From Candidatus Marinacidobacterales bacterium (GTDB lineage: Bacteria > Acidobacteriota > Vicinamibacteria > Marinacidobacterales > DATDRI01), in the NCBI GenBank assembly GCA_965226495.1, contig OZ245365.1:128001-192000 (forward strand): a DNA stretch of 64,000 bases. Direction: 5' to 3'. Below, piece after piece: positions 28,716 to 38,577 of the stretch. A program made the translations under genes and the position numbers. Position 1 is the stretch's first letter. Each line of letters starts with the position of its first letter. A model generated the notes under the pieces. It saw nothing but the letters and a program-made list of their open reading frames with translations, made no database searches and was not told where the DNA came from.

Positions 28716-30047
28716 GTGGTACTGTTTAACTACTCCCTCAAAGAGCTGACGGCCAAGATCGTCTACTACGGTCCTGGCCTGAGCGGTAAGACCACCAATC
28801 TGCAGTATATTTATGACGAGCTGCCCCTCAAGAACAAAGGGCGGTTGCTCACGCTTGCCACCGAGACCGATCGCACCCTCTACTTCGATTTCCTTCCGCT
28901 CGAAGCTGGGATGTTACGGGGAATCAAGACCCGTGTCCAGCTCTACACCGTGCCCGGCCAGGTCTTTTACAACACGACGCGCCGGATGGTGCTGAAGGGC
29001 GCCGACGGTGTTGTCTTCGTGGCCGACTCCCAACCCACTATGTTGGAGGCCAATCAGGAAAGCTTCGCCAACCTCCGAGAGAATCTCTTGGCTCACGACC
29101 TGCGTGTCGAAGAGATCCCGTTGGTGATGCAATACAACAAACGCGATCTCCCCGACGTCATGAGTGTCGAGGAGATGAGCGACAAGATCAACAAGTTCAA
29201 CGTCCCTTTTTACGAGACGGTAGCTACCGATGGGATAGGAGTCGAAGACACGCTGAAGGCGATCAGTGGCCTTGTCTTGAGGTCGGTGATGGAGAAATAC
29301 GCTGCGAAACCCGGAAAGGCTCTGCCGGCACCACAGCCTGCTGCTTCGGTCGCGGTCGGTGGTGGAGGATCTCCACCAGATAACCGATGGCAGGCAAAGG
29401 AATCGACCGACCCCTTCGCGACCGAGGGAGGAGCCGCCAATGCCGGCGCCGATTCGGACTCGCGTGCCGTGGACCCCTTTACCGGAGAGCAAAAGGGCGA
29501 ATTGTCGGGAGATTTTCGGCGAAAGGCGATCACCCAGCCCTCGACACACGGGTCGGATAGCGGGTCACCGGCAGAGGCTTTCAAGGAGCTCGACATCGAT
29601 GAAGTGCTCGAAGGAGCGCTGTCCGGCGAGCAAGATGAGGCGTCCCAATCCAAGAAGACTTCTTTGGGCGGGGCGTGGAGGCGCAGGAAAGATCAGAATC
29701 GATTGCAGAAAACGGTGCCCGGGTCAGACAATGAGATCGACATGTTGGTGGACGAGCTCGGCACGGCCGACTCCGCATCGCATAGCGATGCCATCACCGC
29801 TCAGGGTGGCGCCAGTGACCCCGACGTAGGTTTTCAAGAATTGGATCTGGAGGGGCAGCCCTTCGTCGACGTGTCCGAACCTGGGTCAAACACCTCTTCG
29901 GTCGAGCTTCAGATCGAGGCGAGGCCCGATTCGGAAGGCAGGCCGCAGCGAGTCGTCATCCCGGTTCGGCTCTCTATCGATCCCGATGCGGAAGAAGTAG
30001 AGTTCGAACTCACCCTTCATATTCGGATCGAGCGTAAGCCTCTTTGA
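28716..30047 (+). CDS. MglA-like small GTPase with long acidic C-terminal extension
   Basis: KIVYYGPGLSGKTTNL, TDRTLYFDFLP, YTVPGQVFY, GADGVVFVADSQ, QYNKRDL. Confidence 0.88.
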   Translation: MVLFNYSLKELTAKIVYYGPGLSGKTTNLQYIYDELPLKNKGRLLTLATETDRTLYFDFLPLEAGMLRGIKTRVQLYTVPGQVFYNTTRRMVLKGADGVVFVADSQPTMLEANQESFANLRENLLAHDLRVEEIPLVMQYNKRDLPDVMSVEEMSDKINKFNVPFYETVATDGIGVEDTLKAISGLVLRSVMEKYAAKPGKALPAPQPAASVAVGGGGSPPDNRWQAKESTDPFATEGGAANAGADSDSRAVDPFTGEQKGELSGDFRRKAITQPSTHGSDSGSPAEAFKELDIDEVLEGALSGEQDEASQSKKTSLGGAWRRRKDQNRLQKTVPGSDNEIDMLVDELGTADSASHSDAITAQGGASDPDVGFQELDLEGQPFVDVSEPGSNTSSVELQIEARPDSEGRPQRVVIPVRLSIDPDAEEVEFELTLHIRIERKPL

Positions 30048-30874
30048 TTCGAGTTCGCGCTAGTTGCAGACTTCCTAGGCGCCAAAACACCACGTTGCAC
30101 TATCAAGTCAGGCCGGCTGATCCTCCTGGGCGTCCAGTGGGCGTTGGGCGCCACAATCGAACGCGGCAGGACGCCTCTCTCGCGGCGAACTTTCTTTAGT
30201 GAGTACCCGTCTTGGCCGATGTAGAGCTCGAATGCCTGATCCGAACTGGGTAGAGTGAACACCGCGCTTCCGTAGACGGCTTCCACGAACGGGAGCTCCT
30301 GCCCGTACTCGTGCAGCCACAACCAAAGCGTATCGGTGCCCCCGTTGAGCTCGTAATCGGAGTCCGAGTTTGCGCTCTGGTCGGGACCCCGTGCATGGCT
30401 CGAAATGCGAGTCACCTTTTGACTGGGGTGAATGCCGAGGAGAGAAAGCTTAGGGTCCCACTTCAGTATGTCACCACCCACTTCCCACATATCTCCGTTC
30501 AGGAGATAGTGAGCGGGCTCTCCATCCTGTCCGTCTTCGTGCGGGGTGTAGCGCAACAGCATCTGGTAATCAGGATTGTCGGTGATTCGTTCGCATTCGA
30601 TGCGAGCCACGAGCGCTTGATCGGTGAATACACCGTAGGTTCTGAGCGAGGTAGACAAGAAGGCGGCGGCTCCTGCCAAAGCGAGGAAGGCAACCGAAAG
30701 GACGAGGGCGAAAAGGCTGCGCAGTGGTTTCAGGCTGGCTACGGTTCGGTTCTTCGCGAAGTCCAACAGCCAGCTTCCTAGTAGAGCCAGAAAACCGAAC
30801 CCAACCACCGCGAGCACCATCGCCAGCAGGGCCAGCCTTCCACCCAGAGGCGAAAAGAGCTCATCCAGGTTCAT
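30017..30874 (-). CDS. Hypothetical membrane protein
   Basis: Two N-terminal TM helices, GDMWEVGGDILKW and VEAVYGSAVF segments; 285-aa ORF. Confidence 0.65.
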   Translation of the reverse strand: MNLDELFSPLGGRLALLAMVLAVVGFGFLALLGSWLLDFAKNRTVASLKPLRSLFALVLSVAFLALAGAAAFLSTSLRTYGVFTDQALVARIECERITDNPDYQMLLRYTPHEDGQDGEPAHYLLNGDMWEVGGDILKWDPKLSLLGIHPSQKVTRISSHARGPDQSANSDSDYELNGGTDTLWLWLHEYGQELPFVEAVYGSAVFTLPSSDQAFELYIGQDGYSLKKVRRERGVLPRSIVAPNAHWTPRRISRPDLIVQRGVLAPRKSATSANSNQRGLRSIRI

Positions 30875-31047
30875 CCGAATATTCTAACGCAGATCGCTCG
30901 TGAGGTCGGTGTGGTTGATCACCGGGAACCTGTATCAGTGGGTCGTTGCCTAAGCTCGGGCCGAGATTTAGGTGACGAATTACTGATACAGGGCACTAGC
31001 GATATACTTGGGTCCGAGACATAGATACCGACGCATCGAGTGGCAAG

Positions 31048-32421
31048 ATGGAAAAGCAAGGAGTTCTCATTGTGGACGACGAGTCGGGCTCGCGCCGCGG
31101 CTTGGCAGAGCTCATCGTGGGTTGGGGCTATTCGGCGGAGACCGCCGCCGACGGTGCAGAGGCACTCGAGAAAGTCGCAAGCTTCCGGCCTCAAGTCGTT
31201 ATTGCGGATCTCGTCATGCCCCGCATGAATGGAATGGAGCTTCTCCGTGCGCTCTCCGGGAGTCTCGGCTATTTATCTTTTGTCATGCTCACCGCGAAGG
31301 GCACCATCGCCAGTGCAGTCGAGGCGATGAAGCAGGGGGCCTTCGACTATTTGACGAAACCGGTCGACACCGGTCGGCTGAAGGCGGTGCTCGAAAGAGC
31401 CACCGGACGATCGGTGATACTGGCGGAGCTGGAGCGTTATCAAAGTGCACTCGAATCGACCGGTCGTTTCGGAAAGATGGTGGGGAAGAGTGCTCCGATG
31501 CGTCGGCTCTACGACCAGCTCATGCAAGCGGGCCCGTCGTCCGCTTCGGTACTGTTGGTGGGCGAGTCCGGTACCGGCAAGGAGCTTGTGGCGACAACTC
31601 TTCACGAGCTTTCCCCCCGGAACAAAGGGCCGTTCGTCCCGATCAATTGTTCGGCTATTCCCGAAGCCCTACTCGAAAGTGAAATATTCGGACACGAGAA
31701 AGGTGCCTTCACGGGCGCGGAAGGACGTCGTGAGGGCTGTTTCGAGCTCGCTCATAACGGCACTCTCTTCCTAGACGAGGTCGTGGAGATGGCTCCAGCA
31801 ACGCAGGTGAAGTTGTTGCGAGTACTCGAAGAGCGATCGTTTAGGCGGTTGGGGGGCAAGGAAGAGATCCAGGTCGATGTAAGGGTGCTTGCGGCGACCA
31901 ACCGAAATCCCGAGTCGGCGTTGAAAGAGGGGAAGCTACGAGAAGATCTCTACTATCGCCTCAACGTCTTTCGACTGTATCTGCCGCCTCTGCGCGAGCG
32001 GTTGGACGATGTTCCTCTTCTCGTTGACCATTTCATACGAGAGTTTGGCGAGCTGAACGGCAAGCCGCTTTCCGGAGCGGAGTCGCGAGCCATCCGCGCG
32101 CTTGCCACCTACCATTGGCCGGGGAATGTGCGAGAGTTGCGTAACGTGATCGAAAGAGCCGTCATCGTCGCATCGGATCAGCAGATCGGTTTGGAGGAGC
32201 TTCCTCCGTTCGTAACGCGTGGTCCGAGGACCGAGCCGGCTGCATCCGATCCGCCGGATGAATTGGCTCTCCGCGTAGGAACGACGGTGGAACAGGCGGA
32301 GCGCAACTTGATCTTGAAAACGCTCGAGGCTACCGGCCACAACAAGACCCGGGCAGCAGAGATCCTGGGCATCAGCTTGAAAACGCTTCACAACAAGCTC
32401 AAGAAGTATCGCCAGTCTTGA
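31048..32421 (+). CDS. Sigma-54-dependent response regulator (NtrC/AtoC family)
   Basis: Receiver VDD/DLVMP, GESGTGKE, intact GAFTGA, WPGNVREL, Fis-type HTH. Confidence 0.95.
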   Translation: MEKQGVLIVDDESGSRRGLAELIVGWGYSAETAADGAEALEKVASFRPQVVIADLVMPRMNGMELLRALSGSLGYLSFVMLTAKGTIASAVEAMKQGAFDYLTKPVDTGRLKAVLERATGRSVILAELERYQSALESTGRFGKMVGKSAPMRRLYDQLMQAGPSSASVLLVGESGTGKELVATTLHELSPRNKGPFVPINCSAIPEALLESEIFGHEKGAFTGAEGRREGCFELAHNGTLFLDEVVEMAPATQVKLLRVLEERSFRRLGGKEEIQVDVRVLAATNRNPESALKEGKLREDLYYRLNVFRLYLPPLRERLDDVPLLVDHFIREFGELNGKPLSGAESRAIRALATYHWPGNVRELRNVIERAVIVASDQQIGLEELPPFVTRGPRTEPAASDPPDELALRVGTTVEQAERNLILKTLEATGHNKTRAAEILGISLKTLHNKLKKYRQS

Positions 32422-32437
32422 CACTCGGAGGGAAGTC

Positions 32438-34237
32438 TTGGGTTTCCGAGGTAAGCAGATTGCGACTCTGACGCTGGTTGCCGGAGCGGTCGCTTTGGCT
32501 ACCAGCTTGATGAACGCAGCCTCACTGACCAGGCTGGGAGTGGCCGAAATCCAGAGTCGCGCCGAGCTTCTTGCCCAAACTCTCTATCATCAGGCCTCGC
32601 GTGTCATACGGGAGCAAGGAGAAGAAGACATCCGCAGCGCATTGCGCTCCGACGCCGCTTTGAGAAACGACGCTGAGGCGATCGTAGGGTACTCGGCTAC
32701 GACGCTCTACGTTGCCATAGCCGACGAGCTCGGAGTAGCGATCCTCCATAGCGATCCTCGCCAAGAGGGAACGTTCCTGATTAGCGCCGATTCTTTGTCC
32801 GAGTTCTCGGCGCGCAGTCCTTTTTCTCAACTCTGGGCGCTTAGTCGAGGGCACCATGTTTTGGGGGTCGAGCTTCCCTTCTTGGTAGACGGAAAACCCT
32901 TCGGCTCGATCCGAGTTGCAGCCAGTACTTTGTTTCTCAAAGAGGAGCTCTTCGGTGCTATTGCGGCGAACGCTGCGATGGCGGCGGGGGTGGTCCTTGC
33001 TTCGTTCCTGGCATCTTTCTATCTGGCGAATCGCCTATTGGCTCCGATCGAGATGCTGCGGCGAGAGCTTGCGCGTATCGACACCGGTGGCGGTGGGCCG
33101 CCCCTCGACCTTCGTAACGAGGAAGACGTCAGCCGCGTGGCGGAGTTCTTTGCTTCCATGAGCCGGCGCTTGGCGGACGATCGACTCCTTAGAGAATCTG
33201 GGGAAGCTTGGATGGAAACGATGCTGGGTGGTTTAGCCGACGCGGTGATTGTAGTCAGTCGCGAGAGGAAAGTCCTATCCCTCAACCGACCCGCCGGTGA
33301 GCTGTTGGGGCGTTCTCATGCCGAGCTCCAAGGTGAACCACTTTCCGAGATTCTTCCGAAGGAGCATCCACTGCAAACGATCGTAGATGATGCCTTCTCC
33401 CGGAACGAAGCGGTCGGCCCCCGTAGCGTTCCGTTAGAGGTTGGTGGTGTCGCAGTACCGCACACATTGACTGCGCAACCGTTAGGCGAGGCCGACGTTT
33501 TCGGCGTGATGGTGAGCGCACGAGACATGGAAAAGCTCTCGCGGTTGGGGTCCCATCTGTCGTACTCTCAAAAGCTGGCGGCATTGGGGCGGCTCACTTC
33601 CGGTGTTGCCCACGAGATCAAGAACCCTCTCAACGCGATGGTGATTCACGTGGCGTTACTTCGCCAGAAGCTCGAGAAGGCGGGGCCCGAGGCTAAAGGC
33701 TATCTCGATGTTTTGGAGGAAGAGATCCGGCGGCTGGACGGCGTCATTCAGGGCTTCTTAAAATTCACTCGACCGGAAGAACTTCAGATTGAGGCGGTTA
33801 CGGTAGAAGAAATTGTCGGCGAGGCAACCCGCTTGTTGGTTGGAGAGGCAGAAAAGAAAGGGATCCGTTTGGAAACGAAAATCGCCGCTAGTCTTCCCGC
33901 GGTTTACGGAGACCGCGAGCTCCTCCAGCAAGCCTTCTTGAACTTGATGCTCAACGCGTGCGAAGCGATGCCCGACGGCGGTGAACTTCGCGTCACCGCG
34001 AGCCGTCCCGCGGAGGGTCGAGTCGAATTAGACGTCGAGGACTCCGGCGTCGGCATCGAGCCCGACGAGCTTCCAAAGATCTTCGACCTCTATTACACGA
34101 CGAAGGGCAGGGGCAGTGGTATTGGTCTGTCCATGGTTTATCGGATCGTGCAGCTTCATGACGGCGATGTGAAAGTGAGCTCTACGCCTGGACAGGGGAC
34201 ACATTTTACAGTTACCCTGCCCGAGGTAGTTGGCTGA
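32438..34237 (+). CDS. Membrane sensor histidine kinase (HAMP-PAS-HisKA-HATPase)
   Basis: AHEIKNPL H-box, NLMLNA N-box, DSGVGI, GSGIGL. Confidence 0.93.
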   Translation: MGFRGKQIATLTLVAGAVALATSLMNAASLTRLGVAEIQSRAELLAQTLYHQASRVIREQGEEDIRSALRSDAALRNDAEAIVGYSATTLYVAIADELGVAILHSDPRQEGTFLISADSLSEFSARSPFSQLWALSRGHHVLGVELPFLVDGKPFGSIRVAASTLFLKEELFGAIAANAAMAAGVVLASFLASFYLANRLLAPIEMLRRELARIDTGGGGPPLDLRNEEDVSRVAEFFASMSRRLADDRLLRESGEAWMETMLGGLADAVIVVSRERKVLSLNRPAGELLGRSHAELQGEPLSEILPKEHPLQTIVDDAFSRNEAVGPRSVPLEVGGVAVPHTLTAQPLGEADVFGVMVSARDMEKLSRLGSHLSYSQKLAALGRLTSGVAHEIKNPLNAMVIHVALLRQKLEKAGPEAKGYLDVLEEEIRRLDGVIQGFLKFTRPEELQIEAVTVEEIVGEATRLLVGEAEKKGIRLETKIAASLPAVYGDRELLQQAFLNLMLNACEAMPDGGELRVTASRPAEGRVELDVEDSGVGIEPDELPKIFDLYYTTKGRGSGIGLSMVYRIVQLHDGDVKVSSTPGQGTHFTVTLPEVVG

Positions 34238-34800
34238 TGACGACGGGGAGGGGTTCCGTATGTAGGTGTGTCGTTTGGGGTTTTACCCTTTTCGCCGGAC
34301 TCGGGCTCGCGACCGGATGTAGCAAGAGAGTGAAGGCGGAGTTCGAGCGCCCCCCTGCCTCGGCTTCGGTTCCTGAGACCACACCCGACGTTGCCGAGGA
34401 GGAGCCAAAGGTCCAAACCGCTGCGGTCGAAGAAGACGCCGTCGCAGCGGAAGCGACACCCCCGGTCGAAGACCCTCCTCCGCCACGCCGAGCTCGACCG
34501 CGTCCCGCCCCTCCACCCGACCCCGTTCCCCCGCCTCCACCTAACCCACAGCTGCCGGCCGATCAGCCAGACTCTCAAGAGCAAGCCACGATTTCCGGCA
34601 AGCTCGATCGCACCGTGGATCTCTTTTCGATTCTTCGCAACCGCCCGCTCACCGTTCAACAGCGGGAGCAAGTCGAAGCGGCGCAAGCCTTCGTGGCGCA
34701 GGCTCGGGCGGCGCTCGAAGAAGGAGACGTGGTGAGAGCGAACGTGCTCGGCGACAAGGGATTCATACTGGCCGAAGACGTCGAACGAGCCAGCCGCTAG
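34237..34800 (+). CDS. Proline-rich lipoprotein
   Basis: Lipobox LATGC, Pro-rich linker, helical C-terminus; translationally coupled to the kinase. Confidence 0.7.
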   Translation: MTTGRGSVCRCVVWGFTLFAGLGLATGCSKRVKAEFERPPASASVPETTPDVAEEEPKVQTAAVEEDAVAAEATPPVEDPPPPRRARPRPAPPPDPVPPPPPNPQLPADQPDSQEQATISGKLDRTVDLFSILRNRPLTVQQREQVEAAQAFVAQARAALEEGDVVRANVLGDKGFILAEDVERASR

Positions 34801-34846
34801 GCCCGGTCCCAGCATTAATCTCGTTCGGTTCAAGGCGAAAACCTTA

Positions 34847-34930
34847 GACAGGATTACAGGATTAACGGGATCACTGCGGAAGGAGAAGGGCTTCTCGCAA
34901 ACCTATCCTGTCCATCCTGTTATCCTGTCT
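34847..34930. repeat. Inverted-repeat element (GACAGGATT...ATCCTGTC type)
   Basis: gacaggattacaggattaacgggat ... atcctgtccatcctgttatcctgtc. Confidence 0.7.
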
Positions 34931-35037
34931 AGTTTTTTCTTTCTTAAACTGCGTAGTTTTTACATTCCAAAATCTCCACCTTCGTCACCGCGCTCCGGTA
35001 ACCGGCGGTTTTCAGGTCAATAACGTCACCGAATCTC

Positions 35038-35053
35038 TGGCATGGACCTTGCT
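35038..35053 (+). promoter_or_regulatory. Sigma-54 promoter for the single-domain response regulator
   Basis: TGGCATGGACCTTGCT fits TGGCA-N6-TTGC; candidate enhancer TGCGTAGTTTTTACA about 80 bp upstream. Confidence 0.65.
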
Positions 35054-35104
35054 CTTCTCTTCGAGCAAAGCTAGAGCAACCAAGAGATCCGGGAACGATT
35101 GAGG

Positions 35105-35491
35105 ATGAAACGCATTCTGATCGTAGAGGACAATCGTCACATTCGAGAGGGGTTGTTGACTCTCATCGAAACCGCTGGCTACCGATGTGCGGGCGCCGTC
35201 GACTTCGAGGCTGCTGCAGAGTTGCTTAGGAAGGAGCCTTTCGACCTTCTGATCACCGACCTCGATCTTCCAGGAGGGACGGGTTTGGACCTGGTACGGC
35301 AGGCGAAAGCACTCTGTCCATCCATTCTAGTCACGGCGTATGGATGTAGCGAGGTTCGAAGACAAGCACAGGAGCTAGATGTCGCCGGTTATTTCGAAAA
35401 ACCCTACGATCCGGCAGCGCTCATGACTCTGGTTCGATCTTCGATTGGCAACAATGAAACGCTCAGCGCTCGTTCGACTCGATCCGGTTGA
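35105..35491 (+). CDS. Single-domain response regulator (CheY-like receiver)
   Basis: ILIVEDN, TDLDLP, VTAYG, EKP. Confidence 0.9.
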   Translation: MKRILIVEDNRHIREGLLTLIETAGYRCAGAVDFEAAAELLRKEPFDLLITDLDLPGGTGLDLVRQAKALCPSILVTAYGCSEVRRQAQELDVAGYFEKPYDPAALMTLVRSSIGNNETLSARSTRSG

Positions 35492-36254
35492 TCACATCCC
35501 GGTTCCCGGCGACACGCTGTGCCAAGAGCTCCGCCAGCGCTCGCTCCGCACTGGTCTCTACTCCACCCTGCAAGATGATGCTTCCGTTCGCAGCGCTGGC
35601 ACGAAGATCATACTCTTCTAAGTTTTCGCTATCGACGAACGCCTCGGTGATCTGCTCGGCCAATTCTTCGATACTACCGTCGAGCCGGAGCTCGTTTTCA
35701 ATTCTATCGACCCCGGTGACCGCCGAAGCGCGACGAGAAGCGATCTCCGATTGCTTTGGTGTTTCGACGGTTCCCTCTAAGTAAACGATGCCTTCACGCG
35801 CTCTCACCGTGATGTCCAAGCCCTTTAGTTCCTTGTGTAGCATGATCGAAGCCTTGACTTTGGCGGCCAATGAGACATCATCCAGCCGCTGACCCAAGCT
35901 GCGCCGGTTGCCGACCGCCGCATCGGCAAGGTTGGGGGTAAGCTCCGGATTGACAGCCATGAGATTCTCGATCCGTTCGATCCCCACCACGCTCGCGGCG
36001 ACGTCCTCCGCTTCTTCCTTTTCGGCATCGCTCGCTACTTGACCGCTCAATGTAACGACTCCCTTTCGGGCGCGAACCGAGATGGGGCGATCGCCCAAGT
36101 CGCGATGGAGGGCGATGGCAGCCTTCACCGACGCCAAGTTCGCTGCATCACCGAGGCTTCCGCCGACGATAGGCAGTTCCTGGTTCTCGTAGTAGCTGTA
36201 GGCTCCCCACAAGACGAGAAAGAGAAAGACCAGGTACAAAAGACCTCTAAACAC
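35463..36254 (-). CDS. BON domain protein (three BON domains, OsmY-like)
   Basis: Repeated G.VTL.G.V...A...A..V.G...IEN.L units; N-terminal TM; GTG start after GAGG. Confidence 0.85.
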   Translation of the reverse strand: MFRGLLYLVFLFLVLWGAYSYYENQELPIVGGSLGDAANLASVKAAIALHRDLGDRPISVRARKGVVTLSGQVASDAEKEEAEDVAASVVGIERIENLMAVNPELTPNLADAAVGNRRSLGQRLDDVSLAAKVKASIMLHKELKGLDITVRAREGIVYLEGTVETPKQSEIASRRASAVTGVDRIENELRLDGSIEELAEQITEAFVDSENLEEYDLRASAANGSIILQGGVETSAERALAELLAQRVAGNRDVINRIESNER

Positions 36255-36386
36255 GTTTACCTCCGATTCGACCTTCACGTGAGTATCAAGCCCGTCGGTG
36301 GCATGCAAGCGCGACCTGGAAGGTTTTGCGCCAGGTCGGCCGGGGGCAGGAGATCCCGTGTGTTATAATCCGCGGCGCTTTATCTC

Positions 36387-38555
36387 TTGGAGATCATCCA
36401 GAAAAGGAAGCCTCGGTTGTCTCTCTCCACTCTAGCTCTGTTAACGCTACTACAGGCTACCCCGACAAACACCGGGTCCTACCACTACGCGAAGGGCATG
36501 GAGTTATGGAGAGCCGACAACCCTGCCGAGGGCCTTAGGCATTTGATGAGCGCTTCTTTGGACCCGGAGCTGTCGTTCTACGCGGCGCGGCAAGCTTCTC
36601 TCATGGGAGAGTTCGCCCTCCAAGTGCTCTTTGCGGGCTTGTGGCACGAGCAGCCAGAGATCCAAAGGCAGAGCGCTATTATCCTCGGTTGGGTTGGAGA
36701 TCGTCAGGCGGTGGAGCCTCTGCTCTACCGAATGGGTTTTCCCGATGCCCCGCTGGAAGTGGAGTATGCGCTTCGAAAGATCGGTGGGGTGACGACGTCC
36801 GAGCTCTTGGGATTTCTGGAACGGGCAACGCTCACCAACTCAGCTTTGCTCGACCACCAGGTCGCCAGTTTCGTGAGGCTCAGCCGGGCGTTCGCCGCTC
36901 CGGTGGATCCGGTGCCGGTCATGGCGCTCGTCGAGAAGATAGAGGGGACCGATGCCGAAGAGCTCGAAGAACAGCCACGCGGGCACCTAGCGAACGCTCG
37001 ACTCACGCTGTTGCTCTTCCTCGCGGAGCGGGGAGTCAAGAAGGCGGCCGGACCCCTCGCGCGGTCTGTCAACACCGGTGCCGAAGACGCCAACTTGATC
37101 CTTGCCGAGGCGTTGATTGAGCTGGGCCCCGTTTCCCTTCCGGCCTTGGAGGAGGCCTTCCACGATCCGCCCGAAGAATCGTTGCGGACGTTGCTCGCGG
37201 TGACACATTACTTCGCGTCGGGCGCCTCTGACGCATCGATGTCCGGGATGGTTTCCTTCGTTCTGAACGAGCTCGCATTGGCTCCCGAATTGTCTGTCGA
37301 GACAGCGGCGCTCGTGGCGCGTTTGTCACGGGCACCAAATCCTTTACTCTCGTGGTTCGAATATCACCCCGATCCGGAAGTTCGAAAGGCTCTGGCGCCG
37401 ATAGATCTGAATGCCGAGAAGATTCACTCCCGACCCGAGCTCCGGTCCTTCTTTCTCGAAAAGACTCGAGATTCCGATCCCGAGGTCGCCACCGAGCACC
37501 TGCGGGTTCTGTCGGCTTACCTCCCCGACCCGGAGGTTGAGTCTCGCCTCGAAGCGATACTCGCTTCGACGGTCGGCCCTCTCCAGCTGCGCGCACAAGC
37601 CCTCGAGGTCGTGACGCGTCAAGGTCCCACTCGGCTGTTGGTGAGGGTGCTGCAAACCTTGGACGACCCGATGCGTCTTCGCGCCGTCGAGCTTGCCAGC
37701 GAGCGACCCGAACCGGCGGTTGTTCAAACGATGCTCTCCATTGTTGAGGAACCCGAGCCGAGCGCCACCAAACGGGCAGCCATGGCGGTGGTGGCCGAGG
37801 AATGGAAACATCCGGAAGCAAGCGGACCTTTATTAGATCTACTCCGCTCCGGAGATACTCTGTGGCTCGAGGCGTCCCGGGGACTCGCGGCGCTCGGAGT
37901 AGGGGAGGCGGTCGATCCGTTTCTGACGATGCTGGAGGGCGGTGCGCCGATCGAACCTCCCGAAGCGACCGCGCTCTACTTCGCCTTTACCGGCAATGCC
38001 GTGAGCTTTCCCCAAAGCGATTCAGCGGCCGTTTTCCATCGCGTGCCCATTGAGTGGCAGCCACCCCCGAGCAAGGTGCTGGTGGTCCTTACGGAAAAGA
38101 GTGACTATCAAGGTTGGGTCAAAGTGGAGGAGCGCTGGGAAAGCGAACGGCTCTTCCGACTCGATGAAGGAGCCGGCGAGCTCGTGCTCTACGACCGCAG
38201 CCTCTTCGACCTAGTCGAACAAGGTAAGGGAATCTTGCTCTTGGAGGAGACCGTCCGTCAGACCGTCCTCAATTCGTTGGAGTTGACCGAGACGAGAACG
38301 CAAAGGGCGCGAGCGCTAGCTGCACTTCCGGAGTTCCCCTTCGTCGGGCTCGAGGATGGCGAGCTCCGCTTGCTTCATCGAGGCAAGTGGGTCAGCGTTG
38401 GCTTGGGTAACGATCTGCGGGACTCATCACGTGATCCGAAATGGGGGCGGTCGGCCTTGGTGCCTCTCCGTTTGTTCGATCGAGACCGCATCCGCTGGTC
38501 CGAGGACCCCCCTCCTTCGGGCTGGCTCCTGAACGATCCGCAACCCGTTGACTAA
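36387..38555 (+). CDS. HEAT-repeat-containing protein
   Basis: LGWVGDRQAVEPL, DPEVRKA, LAALGVGEAVDP helical repeats; 722-aa ORF. Confidence 0.65.
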   Translation: MEIIQKRKPRLSLSTLALLTLLQATPTNTGSYHYAKGMELWRADNPAEGLRHLMSASLDPELSFYAARQASLMGEFALQVLFAGLWHEQPEIQRQSAIILGWVGDRQAVEPLLYRMGFPDAPLEVEYALRKIGGVTTSELLGFLERATLTNSALLDHQVASFVRLSRAFAAPVDPVPVMALVEKIEGTDAEELEEQPRGHLANARLTLLLFLAERGVKKAAGPLARSVNTGAEDANLILAEALIELGPVSLPALEEAFHDPPEESLRTLLAVTHYFASGASDASMSGMVSFVLNELALAPELSVETAALVARLSRAPNPLLSWFEYHPDPEVRKALAPIDLNAEKIHSRPELRSFFLEKTRDSDPEVATEHLRVLSAYLPDPEVESRLEAILASTVGPLQLRAQALEVVTRQGPTRLLVRVLQTLDDPMRLRAVELASERPEPAVVQTMLSIVEEPEPSATKRAAMAVVAEEWKHPEASGPLLDLLRSGDTLWLEASRGLAALGVGEAVDPFLTMLEGGAPIEPPEATALYFAFTGNAVSFPQSDSAAVFHRVPIEWQPPPSKVLVVLTEKSDYQGWVKVEERWESERLFRLDEGAGELVLYDRSLFDLVEQGKGILLLEETVRQTVLNSLELTETRTQRARALAALPEFPFVGLEDGELRLLHRGKWVSVGLGNDLRDSSRDPKWGRSALVPLRLFDRDRIRWSEDPPPSGWLLNDPQPVD

Positions 38556-38577
38556 ATAAGGATAAAGGAGGACGGGC

